Of a stretch of 64,000 nt of DNA, positions 50,835 to 64,000 are shown piece after piece; the first letter of the stretch is position 1, and each line of letters begins with the position of its first letter. Under the pieces are notes generated by a model. That model worked only from the letters and a program-made list of their open reading frames with translations. It was not told where the DNA came from and did no database searches. Source of the stretch: Octopus vulgaris. Lineage: Eukaryota. A program made the translations under genes and the position numbers. Location: assembly GCA_951406725.2 (NCBI GenBank), contig OX597815.1, forward strand, positions 187,984,001-188,048,000, in the 5' to 3' direction.

Positions 50835-51210
50835 TTACTTGTTTCAGTCATTTGACTGCAGCCATGCTGGAGCACCACCTTTAGTCAAACAAATCAACCC
50901 TAGGACTTATCCTTTGTAAGCCTAGTACTTATTCTATTGGTCTCTTTTGCCAAATTGCTAAGTTACGGGAATGTAAATACACCAACATTAGTTGTCAAGC
51001 AATGATGTGGGGGACAAACACAGACACATATATATATATATATATGTATACGATGGGCTTCTTTCAGTTTCCATCTACCAAATCCACTCACAAGGCTTTG
51101 GTTGGCCCGAGACTATAGTAGAAGATACTTGCCCAAGGTGCCACGCAGTGGGACTGAACCCAGAACCATGTGGTTGGTAAGCAAGCTTCTTACCACACAG
51201 CTACACTGTG
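50835..51210 (-). mobile_element. SINE family A
   Basis: Similarity to family A. Confidence 0.9.
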
Positions 51211-51327
51211 CCTATATATATATATATGTATAGTATATATCTGTATGTGTATATCTTTGGGTCTATGTGTGTCTCGCACCACTGATTGACAAATCTGAGT
51301 ATTATCGAAAAAATATAAAATTTTACT

Positions 51328-51972
51328 AAGGTAGTAATTTTGGTAAGATGCCCACTTAAAAGTGGATGTTGTGTTAATTACCATGAGAGAACCTGTTATA
51401 TAGAAGTGTGGTGTATATATAAGGTCTTGAGTTTATATAACTAGCAGGAGATAATCCTCTACCATTGCCACCAGGACATCTGGATCATGCAATTTTGGCC
51501 TTTCTTGGCCTAGTCAATGGTAGATATCTGTGACTAGAAATAGCAGCAATTTCTTTGTAAAGTAATATATGTAGAATCGCAGTGTCTATTCAGGCACTGG
51601 TATTGCAAATAGCCAGTGAACTTACTTAGAAATAATTGTGACAGAAGCAGTGTTAATACTAAAAGGTGCTGTTTATTCCCATTTAAAAAGGAATGTTGCA
51701 CCAGAACACAAAACACTGCATTATTTACTCTGATAGAACCACTCATATGAACTTGTGGTGCAGTATCTACCATTGACAAGGCCAAGGAAGGCTGAAATCA
51801 TGTGATCTGGTAGTTCTGGTGGCGATAGGGAATGGTTATCTCCCACTAGAGATATAAACATGAGTGCTCATGTGCACCACAAGTGCATACAAGAGGTACT
51901 CTCATGGTAAGTAATGTAGTATTTTGTGTTCTAACACAACATCTGCTTTAAGTGGGGATAAATTATTACCTT
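51328..51972. repeat. Older foldback element, degenerate arms about 200 bp
   Basis: CCCACTTAAA/TTTAAGTGGG, TTACCATGAGAG/CTCTCATGGTAA and GTCAATGGTAGATA/TATCTACCATTGAC occur in nested order. Confidence 0.75.
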
Positions 51973-51996
51973 TTGCTATTGTTCATTTGTTAAGAT

Positions 51997-52386
51997 TACT
52001 CTTTTACTCTTTTACTTGTTTCAGTCATTTGACTGCGGCCATGCTGGAGCACCACCTTTAGTCGAGCAAATCGACCCCGGGACTTATTCTTTGTAAGCCC
52101 AGTACTTATACTATCAGTCTCTTTTGCCGAACCGCTAAGTGACGGGGACGTAAACACACTAGCATCAGTTGTCAAGCAATGCTAGGGGGACAAACACAGA
52201 CACACACATATATATATATATACATACATATATACGACAGGCTTCTTTCAGTTTCCGTCTACCAAATCCACTCACATGGCATTGGTCGGCCCGGGGCTAT
52301 AGCAGAAGACACTTGCCCAAGATGCCACACAGTGGGACTGAACCCGGAACCATGTGGTTGGTTAGCAAGCTACTTACCACACAGCC
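51997..52386 (-). mobile_element. SINE family A, full length
   Basis: Similarity to family A; a further copy lies at about 53065-53428 (-). Confidence 0.92.
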
Positions 52387-54311
52387 GGGATATTGTGAGA
52401 TATTATGTAGAGTATGATATGATGGGATATGATATTCTATTTCATATTATCTCCATCTTTGTCTTGACTGTTACAGACTTCTTTACAAAAACCACTTGAC
52501 ACTAAATGCTTGAATGCCTGCAATGTTTCTTGTGGTACAGAACATAAAAAAATATATCTCAAGTATTTAACACTGTTATTATCTAAGTTTATTTCAAACT
52601 ATAAAAGTAACGACACAAAAATCATAAAACCCATTTATAAAGTGTGATGATGATACACACAAACATTAAAATTAACGACTACTTTTCTAACGAGTAGACT
52701 GCCTGTACATTTCAATTAATTTTCAATACAATCTAAATTTTGGCTGTTCCAATTAGAAACTTTATATATATATATATTGGTATATTGTGATGATTTAAAC
52801 TAAGTGAAATTTCATGATAGCATTTATGTTATGAAATTTTAAGATGACAAATTGATAGAACCACTGGAGTATTTGATAGACTGCTTTACAGTTTCAGTTC
52901 CAGCTCAGACCAGTCTGAGTTCATATCCTACCAAAGTCAGTTTCACTTTTCCTTCTTCCATAATCAATAAATAAAATATCAGTTCAGGATAACTGATTGG
53001 CAGAATTTGTAAAATATTTTATGAGGTACCCTGCATTTTTCAAATGGAAACCTTTATCTATTATCTTTTACTTGTTTCAGTCACTAGACTGTGGCCAAGC
53101 TGGGGCACTGCCTTGAAGAGTTTTTAGTTGAATGAATAGACTCCTCTACTTGTATGCTTTTTAAAGCCTGGTACTTATTTTATTGGTCTCTTTTGCTGAA
53201 CTGCTAAGTTACAGGGATGTAAACAAACCAAAATTGGCTGTCAAGTGGTTGAAGGACACACACATACACACAACGAGCTTTATTCAGTTTCCATCTCCCA
53301 AATTCATTGACAAGGCTTTGGTCAGCCTGAGGCTATAGTAGAAAACATTTGCCCAAGGTGCCACCCAGGTTCAGTGGGACTGAACCTGGAACCATGTAAC
53401 TGGAAAAGCAAACTTCTTACCACACAGTCAATTGCTCTAATTCACCCTACATCTTTGTCACTCAATGATATCCCGTATCTTTCTTTTATCACTCATACTT
53501 GTCTCACAACAACCAAATTTACTGTCATTTAACAATTTCTCCAGGGTTTACCATTATCACTGTTACTGATGCAAGCTCTCACCATTTTTGGCATATTCCA
53601 GATTTTTACCATTACATATCAGTCAGTGTTAAATCACAGTACATTTAGCAATGAATTCACAAAAATATATTACATAACACACAGCAGAATTAGCTATAAT
53701 TATTCATATGTAGTAATATACATTTGATCTTGTAAATAATTTTAGTCCTGTGTTTTCTGAAGAGAACTTACAAGTGTAGCAAAGCATGATTTTCACTGCA
53801 CTTTGTGAAAATTATTTACCTTCAGTGTCAGACACCTGCGTGCATTCTCTTAGGACAGCCAAAATTATTTAAGAGTGTAGGTAAAAATATTTACATGTAT
53901 ATATGTATGAATATGTGTATGTGTATAGGTACTTTGTTGTTTCTATTCAATAAATGTCATATATATATATCGTATATATATATATAGAGAGAGAGAGTAA
54001 TAAGAAAATGGAGAGGATCAATAGGTAATATTCATCAACTTTTAGACATTATGTTATGCCAATTTATTTATTTATTTACAAAAAGGACAATTATAACAAT
54101 ATACATACATATATAACATATGCTTTACATATATAAAATATAAAATATATAACATATATATAACATATATATATATAAATCATAAGACTGGAGCCTGGTG
54201 CAGCCTTCTGGCTTCCCAGATCCCCGGTCGAACCGTCCAACCCATGCTAGCATGGAGAACGGACGTTAAACGATGATGATGATGATAGATAGCAATAGAA
54301 ATTGGGATAAT

Positions 54312-54435
54312 ATCTTACAGCTGTTTCAGCCAAGAGGCAATAACAACTCATTCTACTTTTATCCCTCCTGTAGACTGAAGTAATTAGTAGATGAAATTGA
54401 TGTACTTGGGTGTTTCTCTAGGCTTCGTCAGAGAT
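54312..54435 (-). ncRNA. Type-I hammerhead ribozyme motif with an enlarged loop II
   Basis: Minus strand ATCT-CTGACGA-AGCCTAGAG-(about 80 nt)-CTCTTGGCT-GAAAC-AGCT-GTA-AGAT; all core residues canonical. Confidence 0.72.
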
Positions 54436-54715
54436 TTTAGAAAGTACATAAGGTTAAATCATAAGTATAAGTACACACATACATACATATACCTAAACTT
54501 ATATGCACATGCATATGTATACAAATGAATGAATCATTATTATTATTATTAGATGCATTATATTATTCATATCAGATAAATTATAAATAGAGGTATGAGA
54601 AAGTTATTATAAGAGGAGTAATAGTGTAATTTATAAAATCAATATATCTTAAGATTATTTCAGTTATGTAAGAATGAAACTGTATATACATGAGGAATAC
54701 ACATATATAAAAACA

Positions 54716-54995
54716 CATGGCAAACGTGCAGCCAGAGTTAGGATTGGTAGAGTATCCCCCAGAGATTGACGAGGTATGGCTGGTGGTAGCCATCCTCTAC
54801 AACATAGAGGAGGAGGCTAAAATCCTCAAAATTACCAGAACAGAGGTAAACTGATGGGAATACGGCCTTGAGGTGACAGTCCACATCAGTTTACCAGACC
54901 TTTACAAAATTGCAGAGGAATTGGTGTTACTGGATGAGACAAAGCTGAGAGTAGTATTGGAGGGAAGATCTCCCCTATGTTTTCAGTTTGGAGCA
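54716..54995 (+). pseudogene. L1/Tx1-type LINE ORF1 remnant
   Basis: ARVRIGRV/PEIDEVWL...N*W...KLRVVLEGRSPLCFQFG with one frameshift and one stop; ends at what resembles the start of a zinc knuckle. Confidence 0.55.
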
Positions 54996-55580
54996 ATATT
55001 TTGGTTGCTTTGATAAAACAAACCCTGCATAGGCATGGCTCTGTGGCAAGAAGTTTGTTCCTCAACCACATGGTTCTGGGTTCAACCCCATTGTGTGGTA
55101 TTTTGGGCAAGTGTCTCCTACTATAACCCTGGGTTAACCAAAGCTTTGTGATTGGAAATGTATAAAGATTTTAATATTTTATGAATTGTAGACGTATAAC
55201 AAATTCAGTTGTAGGAGAATAACATAAATTTTAACAATAAAATCTTGTAGGGACCCTCATGGGTCATACGGATCCTGGTTGAGAACTACAACCTAAGATC
55301 ATATGTCTGTAGAATTAGAGATGACCTGTTGCAAAAACAACCCCCTTTATGCTATATTTTAGGAAAAGAAAACCTATAAATGTAAGGAGATACGGTAAGT
55401 TATAGTTCAATACTGTCATTCGTGGTCTTCTTTCTATATTATAGAAATGTGTCTTGGTAATGCATAAAATCACGATTCTCTGAGTCTCTCATTGGCTTCT
55501 ATGTCAACCAGCCCATCATACTTCATTCACCTTTCTTACCTGACAGAGCTTTCAAAATTTCAGAGACCTATATATGTATG

Positions 55581-55613
<33 letters not shown>

Positions 55614-58600
55614 ATATATATGTATGTATAAATATATATATATATATATATATATACATTCACACACGGGATATACGAGTGTGCGCGTGTATAAAACACG
55701 CTTCACCTTCTTTCTTATCATCATTTTCAATGAATGCATTGACAAATTCTTCAATTTAATTTGAGCTGACAAGGTTCTGCTTTAAGCCACCTCTCTACTT
55801 TCTTTAGCTGTTTGCCACAGCCAAATAGATTGATATTCCAGAAATATAATCCATTTACTTAAACTCAACTGCAGAAAGAAACTCTTAGATTTTACTGGAA
55901 CAAAAATTCTTAGAATTTCTTACAACTGTCCTTGTAACTGCATTCTTCCCGCATGCATATCATTGCTGATCATATCTCTTAAACAGAAGAAATTAAAACA
56001 TACAAATAAGATCACTTCATTTATCCAAAAACTTTATGTTGTTCAGATTTAGATTGCTTGTTTATTATCTTGACAAAATTATTTTCTTGTTCTTAAGTCT
56101 AACATAGTGGTTAGGTTAAAATATCACAAATTGGCTGGAATTTTCATGATTATTGTGTCTGTTGATAACATATTTGTTCATTGATGATCTTTAAAGCAGT
56201 ATATACATAGTCATTGAGTCAAATGCCTTCATGTATATCTATCTATCTGTCTGTCTGTCTGTCTAGTCTATCTGTTTGTGCATGTGTGAGTGTGTATATA
56301 TATTCCAGCCATTTTATCATACTGAACCATTAATCCCTACACATTTTTCTCTCTCTCAATCTCTTGTCAAAGAGCGTAGACTCAACATGTCAAAGACTTT
56401 TTCATTTTTCCTGCTTGTTGTTCCTACACCTGTCTTCGTCATTTGTTTTCTGCAAATTTGAACTATGTATATATATATAAATATGAGCAAAACATCCCCC
56501 CGTCCAATGGACGGTGCTGAGTTGTCAAACATTTAAACCAAATTTTCTCAAAACAACTTGTTTGACTGTCCCATAGGCCTCCCCTTTGAGAAACACTGAT
56601 TTAACCTAAATTTGAGACACCAGCAAAAGAAGAAATAAAATAGGCTTTTTTCTATTCCAAAGAAAAACGATTTTATTCACACAAATATGCAACCAAAGAG
56701 TTTAAAGTACCAGTAAGTACATCACAACAGATGATGTACTTGCGCATACAAATGCACGTTTCCATTGTTTTATCGATCACATTCTCCCCTGGAATTGATT
56801 TTTGTATTTTTTTCCAGACTTATACATGCCCTGATACCGTCGGTATCTACATATCAAATTTGAGCACAATCTGATGGAGGATGCCCAAGATCCTAGAAGA
56901 CACACACACAGACAGACAGAATGGATTTTATATAATAGATATATGTTCTATTATTATTTGTTCATTCTTGTCTGGGCTATGGAAGGTCTTTTTATATTTA
57001 GTTGGTCGTAATTATTCATATGAAAATGTAATTCCTGACGAAGAATCTAATTTTTATTTCAAGAAGAGTTTTTCCTTTTTGCCTTTCGAATAAATTCCAA
57101 TCCGATCTGGCAAGGTTTCCACAGCTGGATGCCCTTCCTAATGCCAACCACTCTGAGAGTGTATCAGGTGCTTTTTATGTGTCACTGGCACAGGAGGAGC
57201 CAGTCAGGTGACACTGGCATCAACCATGTTCGGATGATGCTTTTTTCACATTCCAGTGAGGGTGGTGGCGGTGAGGAACTGGCATTGACCACGTTTGGAT
57301 GATGCTTTTTTATGTGCCATCGGCAAGGGAGCTAGTCAGGGTGGTGGTGGTGGTGACGGAGAACTGGCATCGACCACATAGTCGGTGGGGGTAGGGGGTG
57401 AGGAGTACTGGCTAATGTATATTTTCTATCTCTAACTACATTTACAATAGAACACGATAATCAAACATGATAAACCAAGCAAAAAAAAAAAAAAAAAAAA
57501 AAGGAAAAAAAGAGAGAAATAAAGTCATATCAACTCAACTGTTTTCAATCTTTGAAATGAATAGTAAACAGCCTCACCAGGAAAGTCATACAACTGTGTT
57601 TGTTTTTGTTATTTTTCTTATTGTTTTACGTTATAAATCAACAGTATAAACCCTCAAATAAACCGTTTAGAGACAATGATCTACAGATTTCATTGATGAA
57701 TGGATTCTAGCAGGTCAAAGTATTAAAACATGAAGATGTAGCTAATTCATCATGTTGAAATATATGTAAAACGAGGATATTTAAGTAAATTTTGGCCGCC
57801 TAATAAACCTCTCTGTATTAATACTTCATTTCATAGAGAAAGTAATAAAGAATTCAATAAAACAACCTGATTGAGTAGTAATGACTATGGAAGCCTTCTG
57901 TTGTCATAATTATATTGATTAACTGTTCCACATATTTTAATCTCTCTTCTAGTTTTCCTGAAAAGTTAATAAATTTATTAGACTTTTCCAATAAATAATA
58001 TCAATAGATTACAGAAAATATCTATTGGAAATCAATAATTCATTAAGTGGATCCACTAAAACTATTTCATTTTTAGATTCTGTTTTGATTAATTATAAAA
58101 ACAAAAGAGAAATAAAATCAAATGGAAATATCAAATATACAAGTGTGTGTGTATATATATCTCTGTGTGTACGTGTGTGTGTGTGGTGAAACAAAAACAT
58201 TTTCATTAAAAATTAAGCAAATCACTAAATCTTAATTTTACTGATGGGTTTCATAGTAAGTATAAACAATTGTTTTCATGACCAAAATGCTCATACATAA
58301 TGAAGAAAAGTAAATATGAATTTCAATACAATTAAATAGATGGAATTAAATTAGGAATTCATTGGATTGTAAGAAAGTTTAATAATGTCAATGATGTTAA
58401 ACATTTTATTTTATTTTTTTTTAATACTTGATAACTAATTTTGTCTTGTCTTTTTTTTTTCTGAAAGGAAGGAAATGTAGAAATGTATACTGTAAATAAT
58501 AGACATATTTTCCAACAGTGTCTGAATTTGAAGAAATATGTAGCTTAGATGTAAAGTGTCTGCAAAAGTGTAATAAATGATTCCTAGTAACTTGATATAA

Positions 58601-58648
58601 GAATATGTTTCTTTTAAGAATCATTTTAGCCATTTAAAAATATACATA

Positions 58649-59062
58649 GGCGCAGGAGTGGCTGTGTGGTAAGTAGCTTGCTAACCAACCACATGGTTCC
58701 GGGTTCAGTCCCTCTGCATGGCATCTTGGGCAAGTGTCTTCTGCTATAGCCCCGGGCAGACCAATGCCTTGTGAGTGGATTTGGTAGACGGAAACTGAAA
58801 GAAGCCTGTCGTATATATGTATATATATATATATATGTATGTATGTGTGTGTTTGTGTGTCTGTGTTTGTCCCCCTAGCATTGCTTGACAACCGATGCTG
58901 GTGTGTTTACGTCCCCGTCACTTAGCGGTTCGGCAAAAAGAGACCGATAGAATAAGTACTGGGCTTACAAAGAATAAGTCCCGGGGTCGATTTGCTCGAC
59001 TAAAGACGGTGCTCCAGCATGGCTGCAGTCAAATGACTGAAACAAGTAAAAGAGTAAAAGAG
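58649..59062 (+). mobile_element. SINE family A, full length (reference copy)
   Basis: tRNA-like head (TGGCTGTGTGG; GGTTCAGTCC), CORE-like CTTGGGCAAGTG block, internal (TA)/(TG)n, tail (AGTAAAAG)n. Confidence 0.92.
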
Positions 59063-59509
59063 ATAGGTGCAGGGATAGCTTGTAAAAGAGTTTGCTTCTC
59101 AACTATATGGTCTCAAAATTAGTTCCACGTTGGGTAAGTGTCTTTTATTATAGTTCAAGGCTGTTCAATGTCCTGTGAAGGTATTTGATAAATGGAAACT
59201 GCAGGAAGCCTGTTGTGTATATGTATGTATGTATGAATATTCTTGTTCCATGATTGACACAGCTTGAGAAAGGTGGTTGTGTTAACATTTCTTGTTGACA
59301 TTATCATTGGTCACTGTGTATTTTTGAAATCCTGTGGAATAAAGAAATTCTTTACTTAAGAAAACAAGAGTTTATGACAGGTAGAGCATCTGGTTACAAA
59401 ATGCTACCTCAAATAAATCTTGTTCAAACCCATGCTAGCTTGGAAAAACATACTGTAAACAAAGAAAGGGACAAAGCTGTTTCATTTTTCCACATTTCAC
59501 TAATTTCAA

Positions 59510-59730
59510 CCCTTTCATTACCAACCCGGCCAAAACCGGCTCTGGCTCTGTAATACAAATGTCTTGTTTTCATAGGTTTTTCATTAAAATCTTCCACCAA
59601 ACCTTAGTTGCAATTTATGTTCCTAACACTAGCTTAATGATAACTAACTTATTTTACTAAATTCATTATTATATTTAAAATAATTGAAAGAAACATAGAG
59701 CATCTCAAAATAAATACAGTAACGAAAGAG
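59510..59730. mobile_element. piggyBac-type MITE
   Basis: Paralog of 7844-8192 without the insertion; right flank TTAA. Confidence 0.8.
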
Positions 59731-60868
59731 TTAATAGTATTGTTTATTATGAAGTATTGAAAAATTCCATTGTGATACATTGGAACTAAGTCAATGACCA
59801 GGTCCTTTTGAAGTTTTATGATAGAATGTACTATTAAGAAATAAAATAGCAGTGAATGTCACAGTTTCTGTGCATTTTTAAGCAGCTAAAATGTCTCTTC
59901 CACGTTTCGTTATAATAAATAAACAGAAATTACAACAACTATTTATTTCCCATATCTGATGTGATGTACCCACCAACATGTTATTTATTGGTCAATTACA
60001 AGTACTTGGTCACTTAACTTCCTTTCTGTAGGGCTGTTTCACTGTGACTAGTCATAAAAAATAACAGATTATTTGAAAGACATTTGATTTGACACAACAG
60101 AGCATTTCCTGTAATTTGACAATTGGCTATGAAACACTTCTGGCTGCTTAAATCTGCCAATTGCTTAGATCTGCACTAGTTTTATACAAAATACCCCCAC
60201 CTCCACCCCCGATATGAAGTGTATTTTATGTTTAATGATTCTCAAACAGCGAAAACTACAATGGAAATAATTCCCAAAATATATCCAATTACATCATTTA
60301 TACTGCCAAGTGACTAAAACACATCACTCAAGTATAATTTTCAAAGAAACTGTATATTGTAGCATAATTAAAAAAAAAAAGGGTTGGGGGTGCTTTCAAA
60401 GTTTAGCGATGTTTTCTTAATAATACCACCCATCTTATTATTTTTTTAACGACCTCAAGGTGGCGAGCTGGCCGAATTGTTAGGATGCTGGATAAAATAC
60501 TTGGTGGCATTTCATTTGTTTTTATGTTCTATCTTCAAAAATTCCATCAAGGTTGACTATGCCTTCTATCCTTTTCGGGGTCAATAAAATAAGTACCTGT
60601 CCAATGTTAGGATTGATGTAATGGACTTCCACCCCTCCCTACCAAAACTGCTGGACCTATGCCAAAATTTTAAACCATTATTAAATAACTTTTAAAGTCT
60701 CTTCCCAACTGATGCTTATCTTCAACTTGGGCAGGTCAGCATAGGCAAGGTGTCTTTCTAGAAGAGTGAAGCCTGCGGTTTGGGAAAATGATTTAGTGTG
60801 TGATTTGGGGACAAAAGACAAGAGGAGAAGTCAGTGTTTCAAGTAAAGTGGTATATATATATATATAT

Positions 60869-61088
60869 AAGGCAGCGAACTGGCAGAAACGTAAGCATGC
60901 TGGGCAAAATGCGTAGCCGTATTTCGTCTGCCGTTACGTTCTGAGTTCAAATTCCGCCGAGGTCGACTTTGCCTTTCATCCTTTTGGGGTCGATAAATTA
61001 AGTACTAGTTGCGCACTGGGGTTGATGTATTTGACTTGATCCGTTTGTCCCCTCTGTGTTTGGTCCCTTGTGGGTAGTAAAGAAATAG
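60869..61088 (+). mobile_element. SINE family B
   Basis: Full-length match; an older copy lies at about 60458-60680. Confidence 0.9.
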
Positions 61089-61091
61089 GTA

Positions 61092-61120
<29 letters not shown>

Positions 61121-61122
<2 letters not shown>

Positions 61123-61340
61123 TTCCTTCCGGTCTTTCAAAATGTGACCGCGTGTGTATCATTGGTGATTTGTTTCCTCTGTCTTCCCTTCTCTGGATCT
61201 TTCCTTCTCCTATGTTTCCAACGAAGAGCTCCGCTCAAAACGTTAAACCCTCCTTCTTTCCTGAGTGTCCAATAATACTATATTTGTTCTACGTCCTCAC
61301 GTTGTTGTGTGTTTTTGTGCTTTCTTGTTTGGATTAATTT
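61121..61340 (+). mobile_element. (TA)n-embedded Penelope-like short element with a decayed hammerhead (61214-61248)
   Basis: GTTT-CCAACGA-AGAGCTCCGCTC-AAAAC-GTT-AAAC; paralog of 23306-23478. Confidence 0.6.
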
Positions 61341-62065
61341 TATATATATATATATTACTTGTTTAGAAGATCAGAAACTGTTGTAGTACTGTGGAATAAA
61401 AATAAAGTAAAACAGTTCATCTTTTGATTAATTGTTAAATATTGGTGAGCAAACGTTTGTCAATCACCTAGAAGCCCTGCCTCTGCTTTTTAGGAAACTG
61501 CGTTGAATTTTTGTAACAAACTATGCCAGTTATTTATCATACAGAATTAAAAGAAATTATAATTAATGTGTTCATCGTGTTTAAAATCTAACTGTGTTTC
61601 ATTCATAGGAAAGAAAACTTAATTGATCTCATTAAGTTCTTCCCCTGTACTTGAATTCTAATATTTCTAATTTAATGTTAAACAAGCTTAACAATCTTAG
61701 AATAATAATCCTTTACCAACTTGGAACATCTCCTCCATTGAGTGGTTATCTATTAATTCTTAAATGGTAGATATCGCGCCAATCTATTTTCTGACATGCA
61801 AATGAATTCTAGCTTTAGAAAGATCTTGGCAAAATTAAGACACTTGCAAAGCTGTTGAAGCATGCAATCATGAACCAAAGCCTTTCACCTTAATTATATC
61901 CAATACTAATCAATATAATCTGAGAAGTTTTCTCATTGAAAGTACAGTATGTGTACGTATTAACAGCAACCACTTGGGTTTTTCCTTATGATGTGTCACC
62001 TTGATTTCCCATTGCTTTCTTTCTTTTTTTTTCTTTTACTTTCCCATTAATGTATTTTTTTATTT

Positions 62066-62521
62066 TTGTCTATCACCATTAACCCTATCAAAATCTATAT
62101 GGATGACAGACCTCTTTATTTTTCTGAGTCCTTCAAATCCATTATGCCATTTACTACTATCAGCTACTCTGATCAGATGTACGTTTATGGGGGAAATATC
62201 ACAGGCAGTGTTTGCCATAACCATATCTGTCAAAAGATATCTAACAATCTTGTGACATTTACTGAGGCTAAAAGACAAAGAAGAGCTGCTCACCACTCCA
62301 CTTCACTCCAGTTTTTCATTATCACTGGCAAATTAAAGGGTCCAACAACAATAAAAAAAAAAGAAGAAACAAACAAAAAAGAAAAAAAGAGGAAGCAATA
62401 CCCAGCCAATCCAGGAAACTTTCATAGTCTTTATCCTGAAGAGATGTACCAGAAGTCGAAGAATAATGAAAGTGATCACTCTATATGGTCGATCTTGACA
62501 TTTTATTCATTGGTAAAGTGA
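62066..62521 (+). CDS. Unassigned 151-codon ORF in non-repetitive DNA; possible exon (about 62110-62512)
   Basis: Longest non-microsatellite, non-TE open frame; possible donor TTG|GTAAAG at 62512; no recognisable domain. Confidence 0.25.
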   Translation: MSITINPIKIYMDDRPLYFSESFKSIMPFTTISYSDQMYVYGGNITGSVCHNHICQKISNNLVTFTEAKRQRRAAHHSTSLQFFIITGKLKGPTTIKKKEETNKKEKKRKQYPANPGNFHSLYPEEMYQKSKNNESDHSIWSILTFYSLVK

Positions 62522-63297
62522 TTTCTTTCCGATACATTTATCATGTGTGAGACACCAAACATTACATCTCCATCATCATCCATCACCATCATCCATTTTA
62601 CTCGCTTATTTCAGTCATTGAACTACAGCTATGCTGGAGCACTTCCTAAATAAAGTTTTATTCAAAGTGAAGACGTCGAAGCTGACTTATTGTATTGTTG
62701 CTTGCCACTCAGTAGGCAACAACAACAACAACAACACTGCTTCACAAAGCAAACATCTTTATGTGGTGTACATTGTTACACTATTGTGCCATTGATTTTT
62801 CTATTTTAAAAAAAAAAAAAAAAAGTCACTAACCTTTGTTTAGGTTTTTTTTTTTATTGTTTCAGCAGTGACTTAATTTCAACAGTAAATTTCAAATGGA
62901 ATTCAACTCAAAATTTTGAATATAAAATTAAATCAGCAGACACATAATTATAAAACCAATTTAGAGATATGATAGCCTTCAATCTAATACTTTTTAATGT
63001 TTTTTTATTTTTTTTGTTTGTGTTTGTTTTCAAGACTGAAACAGCTCCCTATTAAATATATTCATACTGTTTGTCAAATAAAATAAATTAGATGTAGATT
63101 TCTTTCAGCTTTATTGTCTTTATATTTATTTCTTGTTTGCATTTTTTTCTCCCTCTGACATATTGCAAATAAAAATTACAAGGTTTCACTGTCAGCTGTT
63201 TACTCCTCTTTCCTATGAATCAGCACAGCCTATAAACGTCTGGATCGGTTTTGCCTCTTGCTGTATGGAGCATTAACTGTAGTAAATCCCAGTTTGT

Positions 63298-63346
<49 letters not shown>

Positions 63347-63459
63347 GTGACATAAGGAGGAAATAATAAACTTAACACACAAAATGCTGCCTATCCAATT
63401 TTATTGTTTCTATTAAAGAATCAGTAGAAGTTATGTCAAGTTCCTCAAATATTACCTCA

Positions 63460-63519
63460 TATATATATATATATATATATGTATGGTTTTATACACACAT
63501 ATATATATATCCATACAAC

Positions 63520-63551
<32 letters not shown>

Positions 63552-63772
63552 CAACTATATATATACATATATACATACATACAACTATATATATACATAT
63601 ATACATACATACAACTATATATATACATATATACATACATACAACTATATATATACATATATACATACATACAACTATATATATACATATATACATACAT
63701 ATATATATATACATATATACATACATATATATATATACATATATACATACATATATATACATATATACATAC

Positions 63773-63809
<37 letters not shown>

Positions 63810-63866
63810 CATATATACATACATATATATATATACATATATACATACATATATATATATATATAC

Positions 63867-63904
<38 letters not shown>

Positions 63905-64000
63905 ACATATATACATACATATATATACATATATACATACATATATATACATATATACATACATATATATACATATATACATACATATATATATATACAT
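63460..64000. repeat. (TA)/(TACA) microsatellite containing a 30-bp minisatellite
   Basis: ATACATACATACAACTATATATATACATAT repeated 5 times at 63541-63690. Confidence 0.95.

Overview
Eukaryotic, very AT-rich, microsatellite-dense and repeat-dominated DNA. It is not prokaryotic, and I find no CRISPR array or rRNA. The SINE/LINE repertoire and (TA)n/(CA)n density look like an octopus (coleoid cephalopod) genome, most likely intronic or intergenic; this is inference. Contents: one 5'-truncated RTE-clade LINE whose ORF2 fragment carries a PHD-like finger, and many copies of its (GAT)n-tailed 3' UTR; at least four tRNA-derived SINE families; CR1, L1/Tx1 and other LINE remnants; hAT, piggyBac, Tc1/mariner and Helitron non-autonomous elements; and two long foldback palindromes. 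Almost all ORF-track entries are microsatellite or SINE artefacts. No host gene is identifiable, only a few candidate exons. The most interesting signal is a set of minimal type-I hammerhead-ribozyme motifs in several Penelope-like short elements. One of these (19362-19712) joins a tRNA-derived Pol III head, an (AAT)n linker, a hammerhead motif and a Penelope-type inverted end, i.e. a candidate ribozyme-bearing SINE mobilised by Penelope-like machinery. Coordinates were read by eye and the ends of degenerate repeats are approximate.
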